From Hydrolagus affinis (taxonomy: Eukaryota), in NCBI GenBank assembly GCA_012026655.1, contig JAAILG010001749.1:1-62180 (forward strand): DNA of 62,180 nucleotides, in the 5' to 3' direction. Below are positions 13,092 to 28,397 of this stretch, one piece after another; position 1 is the first letter of the stretch; every line of letters starts with the position of its first letter. The notes under the pieces are model-generated. The model did not search any database, had not been told where the DNA came from, and was given only the letters and a program-made list of their open reading frames with translations. Position numbers and translations under genes: made by a program.

Positions 13092-14040
13092 GTACACGTT
13101 TCTTCATTTTTCATTGCTGCTTTTAGTGGAAAGTGTCCCCTTGTGTAAAATATGACTTCTCACATGATTGTCATCAATGTGCTCTTGGTGACAATTCTGG
13201 ATTGCTGAGCAATGGTATCCTTCAACACACCTTCCTTCCCTTCAGGATGTTTCAGGTAGCAGAGTACTTGCAGAATTGTTTGCAGCTTTAGTTGGAAACG
13301 TATTTGTGTGGCCAGTACCTCTGAAAGCGTCCTGGAACACTAACCCTCATGAAGGGCGCAATATATAAACTGTTGTTGTTGGCTGTTTCCAGTTCAGGAA
13401 ATGTTAAATTGGTGAATTGAATGTACTTCTTTTTTGAATAAGTGCTTAAATTGATGGATTAATGTAATGGCTGTGAGTGCATAATTTGGTTCTAATTTTA
13501 ACATTGGCTGTAGACCTTTTGGTTTTCTTATCAAGTTGGCCCGAATTTAAAACTTTTCAAATGAAACTATTAGTTTTTTTTTGTCTGGCTGTCATTGTTT
13601 TGATACAAGATAGTGTAAGTCTGAGATTGCATACGGAAAGTTCATATACAGTAGTTTTAATCTTTAAAATCTTTTTGACTAGTTGTGTTTCATTATTGGA
13701 TTGCTATTTACTCATTGTATTTTTTTGTGCCTGATTGGCAGTGGTATATTATTTGGTTAATTTTAGATGTACTGTATATAAAAGTTTATACGTTTGACAT
13801 TTTAAGGGTATTTTTCAGAAAATCATAAATTTAACATAAAGCAGACTGTTGGGCTTATTTTGAATGTGCTGGCGTCCCCGAGAAATATTAACTCCAGATC
13901 CAAATTCCTGCCTTTTCCTGTTAAGTTTAAACATCTATTCTGTTTGGGGAATTGGAAACTGCTGGGAAGCATTGCTTGTGGATTTGAGTTGGATTTGGAT
14001 TGTGAAAGTTAACCTTTTGAGAAGTGACTTCAAATGAAAA

Positions 14041-14464
14041 CAGCTGGCTCCCCATCACTGAATGCATCGACTTCAGGATACTCACACTTCTGTTCAAATC
14101 CCTTCACTCTATGGCACTCCCTCCGTATCTCTCTGTCCTTCTGACTCCTCAATCCACAACCTGGCACCTTCGCTCAACTGCCACCTGCTCGGACTTGCAC
14201 CCACTGCCTCACCATCGGAGGTTGCACTTTCAGTCACTTGGCCTCGAAACTCTGGAACCTTCTCCCCCAATCCCTCCGACTTGCCCCCCCTCTCTCCTTT
14301 TTACTGCCTGAAAAAACCTTCCCCTTCGACCGTGCTTACAGCCACCTGCCCCCCCCACCCCACCCTCCCTCACTGCCTTGGAGTCAGGCTCCGCCACTGT
14401 AAAACTCTGAGGCGCTACCTTGTTTGGAGGGCGCTTTGTAAAGTATTAGTTGTTGTAATTGTTG
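14041..14464 (+). mobile_element. L2-type LINE 3' fragment
   Basis: WLPITECIDFRILTLLFKSLH...PYLSVLL resembles the L2 ORF2 C-terminus; decayed (TTG)n tail. Confidence 0.82.
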
Positions 14465-15632
14465 CCCATATCTAGTTTGCTTCTGAAGATAGAACAAAGT
14501 CAAATCCCAGAGTGCAGAAATGGTTTAAAGCAGCTATGGTTTGTGTGCCCAGATTGGATTGCATATTTTTGTAATCCCTTTCCCTCCCAATATTAACTAG
14601 ATTTATTAGCAGCTGTGGTTCGTTCCTCCTTTATCTCTGGAGACATCCATCTGATGGCTGCAGCACTTCTATTTATAAGCCGTGCACCATATCGGAGTGG
14701 TGGAACAGCCTGCCCTGTTAGTTAGGATTTTTAGGCTGAATAAACTTTCTAGTTGAAATGATCTTCAGTGGGGGGATGTATATTTGGATACTCCAGTTTT
14801 CTGAAGTACTTAGGCATTTTTAGACAACATAATTACATAATTTGCTTTAAACTGAACATAGAGCAATTTAAACTATCTTACTTGTGATTTATGTCAGATT
14901 GGAATGGGTGCCTGATATAATTAGCAGCTGTCACTTTTTTTATTTCGAGTTTGTCCTGGATAAATGGATGTGGAATAGCAGATAACTGTTTCAAATAACT
15001 GATGATGGAATAGAAAGCAGGGGCTGTGTTTTCGTTGGGCACTCTAGTATTTCAAACTCTCAGCCTCTTACCATCTAAGGTCTTGCATTGTTTACATCTC
15101 CAATTTATCTGTCTACAGTGTTCCTTTATGGTGTATGACTTAGTTTGGTTTGGAAATGGGCTAAGGGGCTGGCTACATTTAGGAATAGTATTAAGGGATT
15201 GTGTTTATGAAGGGTCCCCTTGCTCAGCTCAGCCAGAACGTTTTCTTCCAATGCACATTCAGCAAAATTTCAAGACCATCACCAAAATTTGGGCTTGTGA
15301 TGGACTCTGATTAAAAAAAAAGAGCTCTTTGTGACGTGTGACGTTAGCCGTGGTGAACAGCACAAGCTGAATTTCCTGTTACAGCGAGGGACCTGAACAA
15401 AGCACCATGGATTGGGAAAGTATTTGAGAGTCAATGGTGTGATCAGCTTCATTGACTAGTTGAATTGTGTTTTTTTTAAATGAAACATCCTTTATTTGTT
15501 GGCCTACCCAAGATGTGCGGTTTAAATTCAGGCAAACAATATCTCTTTAAACTTCTTTCCACTTACATGAAACACCCGATCATATTGGTCGAGGAGGAGG
15601 AAGAACCTTCAGCACACATTTGTCCTAATTAG

Positions 15633-15949
15633 GTGGAGCTCCTGTAGCTCAGTGGGTTAGAGCACTCGACTTACAAGCGTGAGACCTGTGTTCGAATCCA
15701 GGCAGATCAGGGCGAAACCTTGGGCAAGTTTCCTTACTCCACGCCTAATAATAATCTGTCCGAAAAAAAGCCACAATAATAAAATTGGTCTTTTCAATCC
15801 ATGACTGTTTGTGGGACGCTGCTGTGCGCAATTGGCTGCTGCATTTCTCCCCCAAATATAATCAATTCACTTTACAGTATATTCTGTGATGTGCTTTGAG
15901 ACATCATAAGATGTGAAAAGGATTATATCAAATGCAAGGATTATTATAA
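15633..15949 (+). mobile_element. Full-length tRNA-derived SINE
   Basis: A/B boxes, body and tail as in 3835-4179. Confidence 0.92.
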
Positions 15950-17997
15950 TGAGGATTTTTTTGGGGTACAGCTGCACTCTGCAGTTACTTAAAATTGCGC
16001 CAGGCTGTTAACACTTGCAGGAATGGAGCTTTCTTTTGAAGCGTTACATGCATAGGTCCTATGTCCTATGTTGCGCATATTTCTTATCTGATTAACTGCT
16101 TGTTCCACAACACATCTCTCACTTCGCACACTATTTTCGCACTACAATTCCACTGTTTTGTTTTTTAATTGCTGCCATTGCCCTCCCAAGAATTAAAACC
16201 ATATGTCGTGTAGATTTGATGTATTCAAGGCCAACAAAAATTGGATACTGGTCTAAATAATGAGAGAAAACCACTTTTTTTTAAAAAAAATTATGTTTTG
16301 CATATATTTAATGACCATCTTTTGCAGTGCTACCTGGTAGTTGAAGTTAGTCGAATGCTGCCCTTTCTTGTGTGTTTCATGTTGGACATGTTATGCTTGG
16401 AGTGAATTCGAACTTGCTTTGGATGAGTGGCATAATTTCCTCCTTCACCTTCCCAACGTGGCTGTACAGGAAGATTAACAAACAATACTTTGGATCGCTA
16501 ACCTTTTTATCCGTAGCATTTTTGTGATCCAGTAAAAGCAATCTTATTTTTGTTACACACGTCCTCTTTAAGCGCATAAAAGACTTTACTAAAATATGGT
16601 ACCAACATACAACAACAACAACAAAATTACATTTATAGTGTGCCCTTTCATGTCGGGAGGACGTCCTAACATAGAGCTCCTTTTGCAAATATAGGTTGGA
16701 TGTCACTGAATCCTTATATCCAATATGAAGTTTTAAAATGCATGATTATTATTCGAGATGTTACATAACTTCAGGTGAAACAAACCTACAACCTGAAGCT
16801 CAGTAAGTCAGACCTAAAACCAGGAATTAATTAATGAGAACATTCTTTGTTCTGTGGTTATAATGATGTCACCACAGTTTTAAACAGTTCTTAGAATTTT
16901 TTTCTGAATTTTAACATAGATTAGTTTAGAATTTTAACATAGATTAGTTTAGAATAGAACAGAGAAAATAGTAACTATTACTACCCTTATTTTTCTGATT
17001 TGTTGATTTTGAGACTGCTGTTTGAAGGGATCTGTGCAAAGGGGAAGCAAAATTATTTCAAGTATTGAGATTAAATAATATTTGCAAGTAATAATAAATA
17101 ATTGTCACTTTCTTTAACTTAACTCTGGGTAACAGTCGGTTAAAAATGTAGAATCTGTGGTCCGTAAAGTTTTTTTTGGGTTCTTTGTGAAAAGGGGAGA
17201 GAATAAATAAATGGAGCATATTTTATAGCTTCTGCCAATGGCTCAAAGCTTCTGCCAATGTTTCTGTTTGTAAGGCCACTTGTGAAACAGACTTACAAGG
17301 TCCCAGATTTAACAAGGCATTTCAATATAGCCTCAATAAGGCTATGTAATCTTTATTTGCAGTACTCTGTCATTTTCATTAATCACCCCTGATTAAGTAA
17401 TACACGCCTTACTGTAGTTAAGCCAAAGTGTTGACGTTTGTTGCAATTTATGCATATTTTCTGCATGTTATATGTTGCCTGTTACGAAGGGTATGATCAG
17501 TAGCAACAAATAACAGCACCTTTCACATCAGGAGGACATCGCAAAGCGCTAAATCAGTGCTATATTGTCAGTGAAAAACATCTGTTGCTTTATTTCAGGA
17601 GTAAGGCTTAGTTAGTAGGAGAAATATCACATTTAATTCCTTTTCTGCAGCCAGTATTTTTTCTTCACGAAACGATATGCTTAGCAGCCAGGGACTGGCT
17701 CGAAGCAACTGATTGCACCAATTTCTCTGGAATCCACAGACTTTCTGCTTCAGGCTGCAGAAAGGAAGGGGCAGGCTATCATTTTGTAGTTCTGTTCAGG
17801 CTCACTTGACTGGTAATGAATTTCAAAATGACAGAACAATATTCTCCGGCTCAGCATCATTGAATTGAAATCGGTGCTGCTACTGCTGATGCCCATTTTC
17901 CAGATCATATTGCCAAGATCAATGAAGCAGAGATTTTTGATGCAGAAAGGGGCTCCACAAGGCTAAGGTTATTCCAATTCTCCAAATGTTTGCAGTA

Positions 17998-18218
17998 CAG
18001 TAAAAGCCCATTTATCCAGCATCCTCGGGGCCTGGCCAAGTCGGTTAAAACTCGTGCCGGATATTTGGCTGAAAACCACCCCCCCCCCCCCCCCAATTTT
18101 TTTAATGCATTTTTTTGTAAAGATAAATTCCGGTTAATCGAATGTGGACCTTTTTTTTGCGGTACTGGTTATACGGAAGTTATGGTTGATTGGGACATGG
18201 ATAAACGGGCTTTTATTG
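17998..18218. mobile_element. Tc1/mariner-pogo (Tigger-like) MITE, 221 bp
   Basis: TIRs CAGTAAAAGCCCATTTATCC / GGATAAACGGGCTTTTATTG (18/20), flanked by TA on both sides (17996-97 and 18219-20). Confidence 0.88.
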
Positions 18219-19532
18219 TAATAAGCCACGTTTGACCAAAGTGGTGGGGAACAAGTAATATGCTTAAGAAAAGGACACTTCTACCATTACCACTGGTACT
18301 ATTTGTTTGGGTTCAGCTGACTCTTGGCTGCTCCACCGGAAGCGAACTTAATCTCAATTGAAAAGTGAAAGGGGAAACTGTAGAAAATGCTTCCGCATAT
18401 CCTTCTGCAATTGATCATTGTGCTATGTGATCAAGCAAGTGTGAAAATAATTTCATAATTGTATACTAGCAAGCAGAATTGATGGGCGTTGAGGGTAGTA
18501 GTGGGGAATAGAGTGTGAAACTGAAATGGGAAGAGAGGGGCCATCAGCCAAATGTAGAAATGGAGAGATTGTAGCTTTGGGAATGAATGTTTATACTCCA
18601 TGGATGGGAGAATACTTTACACAAGACATTACTTACTGGCAATTTGTTTGTTTTAAACAAACCTTTAGCATTGGAAAATTGTTAAAATAGGTTGCCATTA
18701 TTTTGGTTTTCTGCAGTACGTTGCCAAATTTGTTGTATCTCAAATATGTTAAACTGCTGTTTTTCTCCCAGCGCATGTTGGGCCTGAATGCCATTAACAA
18801 AACTCCTACATATCTAGAAATGTTGTTAAACTTTTTAGTTAATAACTTCAAGTTGTTGTACAAACTGTTTCCATATTTAGATTGCCAGCTTCCTTTACAA
18901 ATGTGGGGGTGGAGAGAGCATATGAGAAGCATTTACTTTAGCTCTAGTTACTTATTGTAAGAACCTTAATGTTCCTCCTTGTGTGTTTGTTTTTATAAAA
19001 GTTGCATCTTTTACCTGTGGCCAGAGCACTATACCAAATGTGTATTTTGGCAAAGTTAGTTACTATACATGTGAAACATCATTCCATCAACTCTTCTGAA
19101 CTGCATGTCCTTTGAAAGCTTGTCTGCCAATATTGACCCTGCAGTCAAAGCCTTAGTGTACAATACTGAAATAGATTTTTAAAAGAGCAGAACTTGCGTT
19201 TCCCCCCACGATTAATACCAAGAGAGTCTTTTGACAGGGTGAGTCGTAAGATTCCTGGGAAGCCATTCAGAATAAACCGTAGGGTTTCCTTGCATGGAAT
19301 GATCAGTTTTTAAAGAACATTATTTGTGTTAGACAGTGGAAATGTTTGGCCCTATAAAACATATTGCGTTGCTCAGCTAGCTAGTTGACACACTAGCTTT
19401 GGTTACCTAAAGTGATTTACAATGCCACAGGTTGGTAATCGCATTCCACATTAATGAGAAGCACCTGCTTGTTGTTGTGGAACTATTATTGCATAAGACT
19501 CTTCGTTCAACATTGCTGGCCCTTGGCCCTGA

Positions 19533-19676
<144 letters not shown>

Positions 19677-19745
19677 TAATCCATTATATATCTTCATCAT
19701 TTACCATTTGTTGTTTGGCATTTGGGAGAATGTAAGTAAGCGTAG

Positions 19746-19910
<165 letters not shown>

Positions 19911-19914
19911 TGAC

Positions 19915-20122
19915 CACTTCAAGGCCGGTCTCAAGACCCTCCTCTCCGACCGTGCCATCTGCTGCCCTCCCAACTCTCTCCCTCACCTCCTAACTCTCTC
20001 CCTTCCCACTCCCCCTACCCTGGCCCTCTCCTCTGCTCGGTTCCTGACCTGACTGTTCAGCATCTTGGGACGTCCTCCCCGCCAGAAAGGTGCTCTATAA
20101 GTGTAATTTTGTTGTTGTTGTT
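19915..20122 (+). mobile_element. L2-type LINE 3' end
   Basis: ttgggacgtcctcccc...aaaggtgctctataagtgtaatttt(gtt)n terminus, ending about 40 nt before the exon K acceptor. Confidence 0.8.
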
Positions 20123-20161
20123 CTTTAATTATACTTTCAAATTGTGGCTGTTCCTTCTTGA

Positions 20162-20473
<312 letters not shown>

Positions 20474-20880
20474 TAATAACCTTTTCTGATTTACATTCAA
20501 GCTAAAAATAGTAACTGATTGCAAATCCTTGTTTACTAACACTACAACAGTTGGACTGGACAGAAATGGATAAGCAAACAGCATGCATTTTAATGACAAA
20601 ATGAATATCTTTAATATTGCAATAACAGCAGTGACTTTTTTGACTCATACATCGCAAATTTATTGTGGAGCAGGTTTCATTTCTGTCATTTTTATACTTT
20701 ATTGCAAAACAAAAGTAATTATGAGTCAGTAAATTATTAATAACAAATCATAAATGATAATAGATCCAGGCAAGTTGCTGTAGTGAATGAAATTGTAGTA
20801 CTTTCTTTGAAATGCAGTTGGGCTTATGAAGTACAGCTTGAAATGATGTACTAAATCTATTTTGCTTTTTGTACTACTGA

Positions 20881-21060
<180 letters not shown>

Positions 21061-21089
21061 TGACGTTTGCAGATCCTTCACTATTCATT

Positions 21090-21326
21090 ACAAAAGGCTT
21101 AGAATATGAGAGCGGGGAACTGTATACGGCCTTGGTGAGATCGCACCTAGAGTATTGTGTGCAGTCTGGTCTCCTTACGTAAGAAAGGCAGCGTAGATTC
21201 ACTAAGTTGGTTCCTGGGAGGAGCTATGTGGAGTTAGAGTTGAAGATCAGCCATGATTGTATTGAATGGTGGGGCGGGCTCGAGGGGCCAAATGGCCTAC
21301 TGCTTATTCTTATGTTCTTATGTTCT
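21090..21326 (+). mobile_element. Internally deleted CR1 LINE fragment
   Basis: LYTALVRSHLEYCVQ (CR1 RT C-terminal motif) joined to a CR1 3' UTR and (TTCTTATG)n tail. Confidence 0.82.
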
Positions 21327-21368
21327 CACGCTTGTCTACAAATTATTGCCACTCCTAGTGTATGTTAG

Positions 21369-21524
<156 letters not shown>

Positions 21525-23415
21525 TAAGTATGCACGGTTACAAAAAAAATGTAAGATTTCATTTGATTATTTTGTGGTGACTTGCTGAACAAATCATTTG
21601 GTATAAATGGGTGCAAATGACTTATTTACATAGAATTCATCTGTGGCTGAAACAAGCATGATTGTCCGGGTCCCAAATCGCTCTTCTTTTATCTTCTTAG
21701 TGACTGTGCTGCACTTAGAGCATTGTCCATATACATTTTTGAAGGAAGCCTAGAAGCCAGTTAAATAAATAAGCAGGATTTAGGTTTTGTTGGAAAGAAA
21801 AACTTTGGGCATTCTTTCAAGGAACTATCAACTTTATCGAGGAACTTTTATCAAAGCCAGTGCAGTGTGTCAGCGGGGTTGAAACGAAGAAAGGAAACCA
21901 GTTAAACAATGGCTGGACGCCATGTTTACATTTTCGAATTCTGTAGATTCTGGGAGAAGGAGAGATCTGATGAAGATGAGCTTCCAGCCTTGAGGTCCTA
22001 GGAACAATAATGACACACTCTTAGTGCAACTTTCATGGGTGGACATCTCGATGTGCTTCACGGTGAATACATTAAGAGTAGAAATGTACATTTAACACTG
22101 AGCTTAATGACAGTGTTAAATGTAATGGATTGGATGGAGATGGTAGAGAGGAGGTTAGTGGTTATGAAGCTGGAACACAGTGGAATTAAATGTCTCCGTT
22201 TCCAATAGCTGATTCCTTAATCCAAACTAATAGATTCTATGCCCCTTCAGCTACCTTACCAGGTGACTTGGAAGGCTTTAAAACGTTCCATTTAATCTCA
22301 GTCATAGCTACAATGGCACCAAATGCTTCTTGGTTTTACTGCCTTGAAACACCTCCCTGTGTTTTTACACACATTTCTTTATTATGATTGGCAGCAAGTT
22401 AGACTCATGTTATTCATAATCTACAAATACCACAGTCACTATACTTTACACTAAATCCCATGATGCGGCTTGAGCTCTTTTGATGACATGGTAAGACCCC
22501 CATATCAAATGAAAACTTCTTAAAATTATTTCTATTTTCAGCTCAAATGTACTATATTGATCAATAAATCAGAACATTTAATTAATGGGAATAAATCTGA
22601 ACATTTAATTAGTGGGAGAATCTAATGAAAGAACTCTTGAGATTCACTGCCTGTGCAATATTTGGCTGAGTTCCTGCATTGTCCCTAGTTTTGCTAATTC
22701 CGCACCCTCTGTTGGTACACTCTGACTAGCTTGTGTCTGGAATATATATATATTTTTAAACGAATTTTTTATGTTTCGGAACGAAACAAAAGCTTCCAAC
22801 TTTTGAATAAAATGTGCAAGCTACTTGCAATACTCTTTGCTGCCAGGAGAGGCTGTTGATGCTTTGTGCACAGAAAGCTCGATGCTTTGAGGAGGTTTCC
22901 GATAAGCCTTAGAAAACTCACTTCAGCAACTTGACTGCCTTCTTCGGGCATCGAAGACTTCTCTAATTGTGTAAAGGATTATTATAAATTCTTGTGGTTA
23001 ATGTCATGCTTTAAGGTAGAGTCCCAAAGTGCTCCTGCGCCCTGGCCTACTTTAACGAGCTTGTTACACAGACAAGCAGTGCTGTGTGCCAGCAGTATTA
23101 TTAACAGTCAGTCCTGTGATGGACAGATTCAACTGTTTTTTAAAAGTTGAATGAGGGGAAAAATATTGGCACGCACATCGAGTCAAATTAATTCCATATT
23201 TTTTTTAATCTCTATCTGAATGACCAGAACTGGCTGGCTGGACAGGTTAGACATCTGCTAACACTGTAGCTCCCTTAATCCTCGACTAGTTGGCCTCCAC
23301 TAGTTTTGGCCTTAGAATATGTATTCAAATCTTGTTTTTGATCTTGAAATCTCAACTTTCAGACAGAGATCCAGAGCCAAACCATCTAATTCTGTCAATG
23401 GTTGAATTGATGGTA

Positions 23416-23419
<4 letters not shown>

Positions 23420-23460
<41 letters not shown>
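23420..23460. repeat. (CA)n microsatellite
   Basis: Directly visible. Confidence 0.95.
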
Positions 23461-23461
<1 letters not shown>

Positions 23462-24826
23462 TGGAATCAGTTGTAGCTTTCTTCCCTCAAACATCATTAA
23501 CAGTCGGAACTTTGCTCGACCTCATGTAAAAAGGACTTGCCTTGAGCTTTTGAGCTTTATCAGCCACTTATATTATCAACTTTGGAAAGTCTAGTGAAAT
23601 TCAAAATATCTTGAGCAACTGGCTTGCTGTTGCACTGGTCTTTAGCAAGAGGATGAAGTTTTTTTTAAAAAAAATCATTGAGTCTGAAGAGATTGTTCAA
23701 AGAAACTGGCTGGTACTGACCTGCGGGCCTTTCTCTTCAGTTGCATAGATCCCAGTTTATTTATTTACTGACTGAATTTAAATATTATTTATTTTCTTCC
23801 ATAATTAATTTCCTACAATTCGAAAATTGATGTGTAGCTAGCTGTAGTGAGGAACGGAGGCTTTTGTTGTTCGGGCCAGAATATAGCTGATGCCAAGGAG
23901 ATCCTCTGTTAATCGCCGTTGAAGGGGGTTTGAATTGAATCTGCCTTTAGAATCCCTGCTAGCACAACAAAATGTATTTGTTTTCAAGGGTAGTTAAACG
24001 AGCTGCAAAATGATGTGTGCTGGCAAGCGATTGTCAGAAACGAATCAACCCTCTGTGGTTTGGTTCTTGATCCAGGAGGGTCACACTACTCCAGGGCATT
24101 GCGAGACAGATCAGTCAGGACTTGGGAGGCACAGACCTGCCACTGGGAACAGAGATTCTACCCACTCAGTTCCCGTTAACCCCGCAAGCCCCAACTCTCA
24201 AAAGGATAGGTTGGTCCTAATTGGACAAGCAGTAGGAAGCTTACCAGACAGTGCTTTCAATGGCAAGCTCGGCAGTTTTAGCTGGTTAATCTCCCATCAG
24301 CACTGCAAAGCACACTTGCCTCTTGCTGACTTGAGATCTATCACTCTTTGGAATTGGGCCACTAGGATGCGTCCCTCTAGGGAGAGAGTGTGTGATCCAA
24401 ATAGGGATCCATCTTAATGAATATAGGGTCTTTCAGACCTGGTAGTCAGATTAGTACACCAGGTGAGTTTGTGTTTTATTTCCTCAATGCTGATAAACCC
24501 TCACAGAAGGAGAAACACACATATATATATACACATATATATATTTTACCAATGGCTGCATTTCATACTTAAAATCTCTCCAGCCTGTGTGGTCACAGCA
24601 GCAAACTTGTGAGAATGAGCGTCACTTTCACATTTCCTCTTCTGTGTTACTTGTTTACACTGCTTATGCTTACTGATAGTCACTTGTTCCTCAAATGAGA
24701 CCAGCGGAAGCACAATGAAACAATCTAGTGAAAGGTAGTCCGTGCTGAACAAAGAAAGTACTTGAAATTGTTATATGAAAAAAAATTGGAAACCCAAGCT
24801 ATGAGTTAATTTGCCTCACGCATTGA

Positions 24827-24943
<117 letters not shown>

Positions 24944-27104
24944 TGATTACTGTAACCACTTTAATTGGTCAATCATTTCTAAAGGCTACGCACATTCACA
25001 TTACATAACAGATGTGTGCTACTAAGTGGGGCAATGATATTACTCTAGCCTTCCTTCTGAGACTTTGGTTACTTTTTCTAGACTTGCATCATCTGTTTGC
25101 CGCAACAGTAACTCAACTTGTGCTTTCATGTTTCAGATGTTTTGTTCTAAATGTTTCAACCGATGTGTGTTCCAGGAAATCTCAACCATAACTTGCATGG
25201 ATTTGGTCTTTCATAAATGAGGCCCTGGAACGAGTTACGGTCCCTATTAATTAATTCCCTCCCTGATTTGTTGCTGCTGTCACTTTTTTTTTAATGATGT
25301 GATGTTGGCTTGAGCGTGGGCAAGTTTTCTTATACAAACAAATCTTTTCTTGAAAGAATGTGTTTTACTACTTACAACTGCGAATAGTAGACTCCAGACT
25401 CTGCTCCGCGGGGCTGGAGAGAGAGAAGCAGAGATTCCTTGGAGATGATCTGACTCCAAACTGACATCTTAGCAATGGAACTATTGGAACTGTCAATATT
25501 TCAGTCACGGTCTTAGTAATTTAGTTCTTAAGACAGGAAGGTCCGCAGTTCTCCAGGGCACTGGCTCAACGGCACGACTTGGAGGGGGGTAAACCAATCA
25601 TTGGGGGGCAGCATTCTTCCTACTTGATTCCTGTTAATTTCTCAAGCCAAATCCCTAACTTGTGAGGTCGTCTAAGCCGGATAAGCAGCAGGAAGCTTGC
25701 TCTCAATAGTAGTTTAGCCGGTTAAACTTTTGCAGTACCCCTACACGCACTCTGGGGGTCCCCATATTTAAACTCTTTCCAATTTAAGTCCAATACAATC
25801 CACAATGAGGCCCCTCCAGGGTGAGAGTGTAGCAATCCAGACACGGGGAACTTTCTGTGTCTCCCAAATCAAGTGTGGAACCTCAGTATGGTTTGCATGC
25901 TCTTCAGCATGGTGGGTTTCCATTTCAACATCTACTGACCAAAAAAAGCAAGTGTTAAGCCATTTTAGCCATTTTTAATATTGCAACAACTTTGGATAGG
26001 GGAAGACGGTGGGGCGAGGAGCAGTATATCCGCCAACACCTCCGAGCCACTGTTAGTTGAGCTTTTCAGTGCCACTAAACTTTGGAACCTCCTGACTTTG
26101 CCTCTGCCACCACCACCCCCACCCCCACCCCCCCCACACACACACTCTCTGTCTTGAAATCCCATTTTAAGAACCATCTCTTCGACCAGGCTTATGTATA
26201 GTCACTTCTCCCTCGCTCAGTGTTTGTCCCTGCCACTGTTAAGTGTGCTGAGAAGCAATCCTATGTGAAGGACTTGTACAAGTTGTTATAGATTTACTCC
26301 AGAACAGCTTGTTTGTCGGAACTCTTCTCCTGATTCCATTTTTTAAACAATAATGATACCAAAAATTAGGCACTGTAGCACCCTGAGCGTAAATGTTACC
26401 CCATGTATTATGTCATTTTCATAAGCCAAGCCATGGCCACTGTACAATTCTAAACCAGGAACTCTTGTGTAGCAAAGCTGTTTGTACTTGTGTGCTTTCT
26501 GCTGCATTTCAGAGAATCCTAGAAAATTGACAGCACAGAAAGAAGTCTTTGCTGCCTGCTGCACCCTAGCTCACTCCTGTTGGAGCTATGTGTTCAAAAT
26601 CCATTTGTTTTCCCTCTTATATCTTTCCCCCCGCAGATTTATCCAATTCCCTTTTAAATCCTGTTTTAGACCTAACTTGAACATCCATTTGTTTTTTTTT
26701 TGCTAACCTCTCTTTCTTAACCTGCAGTAATCCTAGGGATGTAGGAAAACTGTTTAAATTATATTAGCAATTATGTTTAGGTTTATTGCATTGCAAACAG
26801 TGTCTTGGGAGCAGAAGTTAAAGTGAAACTACATCAGGAGCCAGCAGTTTAGAAGCATTTCTTGTCGATCTACATTTCATGCTGTGTGTACAGTTTACAT
26901 TGGAGACGTAAAGCACAAACAGTGGTGAATGCCACAAAACATAAAATACGGTTGAAACGGTTTCAGGCATCTGGCTGCTAATGGCACAATATTTGATGGT
27001 GGAGCAAGTTGGCCAGTTATGAGGAATCTCACTGAGCTCCTGCATTGATTAACTGGGTTGTTGGGAGAGTAGAGTCAGTAAGGAAAACCATAGCATAGAA
27101 CCAT

Positions 27105-27307
27105 ATTATCCCTCAACATAAAAAAAACCACCCACACAGAATAGTAAATTGGTCACTCAGTCCACGACTGTTTGTGGGACACTGCTGTGCGCAATTGGCT
27201 GCCCACAAACATACAGTCAATTCACTTTGCAGTGTATTCTGTGAAGCACTATGAGAAGTCTAGAAGATGTGAAAAGCATTATATCAAATGCAAGGATTAT
27301 TATTATA
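27105..27307 (+). mobile_element. SINE 3' portion
   Basis: Body plus (TTA)n tail. Confidence 0.85.
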
Positions 27308-27799
27308 TGACTCAGTAGAAAGCTATTTGATCCATTGTATTGTTGTCAGTGCTTGTTCCTCCAATGAAGCCTTGTATCCTACTTCCAATTTTGGATGCTC
27401 TTAAGCATGGTGATGAGTGTATGTCAGACACCCGGCTAATCAAATCAAATAAAATTCTGTGCTCTTATCACCTTATCCTTTCAATACCCTTCCTCCACAT
27501 ATGCTTCTCTACTTCATTTTAAAAAACGATCTGCTCCTTTGGTGAATTAGCAGAAATTCTTGACTAAAGGAAACGCATTCAGCGAAGAGTCATCAGGAGT
27601 GCTGAGTTAGGCATAATATACAAATGATTATGGATGCAATATTGACAGCCTGACAAGATACGCTGGGTCATGTATTGAATTTACTATGTAGGGAAAGAAG
27701 GCGATGGATTTAAACTGGGGGAGGGTGTTGTAAGAAATAAAAATTATTCTGAATTTAAAAATTTAGATCAATGAAAGCAGTGAAAGTAAATTAAAATAA

Positions 27800-28315
<516 letters not shown>

Positions 28316-28397
28316 TAGCAACGTTTTCAGTTAATCTCTAATCTTGCCATGTGAATGCCTAGTTCATCTTGACTCTCCTTTGTTTGTTATTCCCCAG

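Noticed and set aside
13215-13222. U12-type donor motif GTATCCTT
   Set aside because: A single 8-mer is expected about once by chance in 62 kb; it is not at an exon boundary and not in tandem. All called introns look U2-type.
13246-13255. 10-nt microexon (ttcag|GATGTTTCAG|gtagca)
   Set aside because: Good acceptor but poor donor; no other support.
13477-13734. 85-aa hydrophobic ORF with a signal-peptide-like MKLLVFFCLAVIVLIQ
   Set aside because: Hydrophobicity follows from U-rich intron composition; no independent promoter or homology evidence. Better treated as a poison exon candidate.
24010-24417. 135-aa intronic ORF
   Set aside because: No domain similarity I recognise and no convincing splice context; likely chance or decayed repeat.
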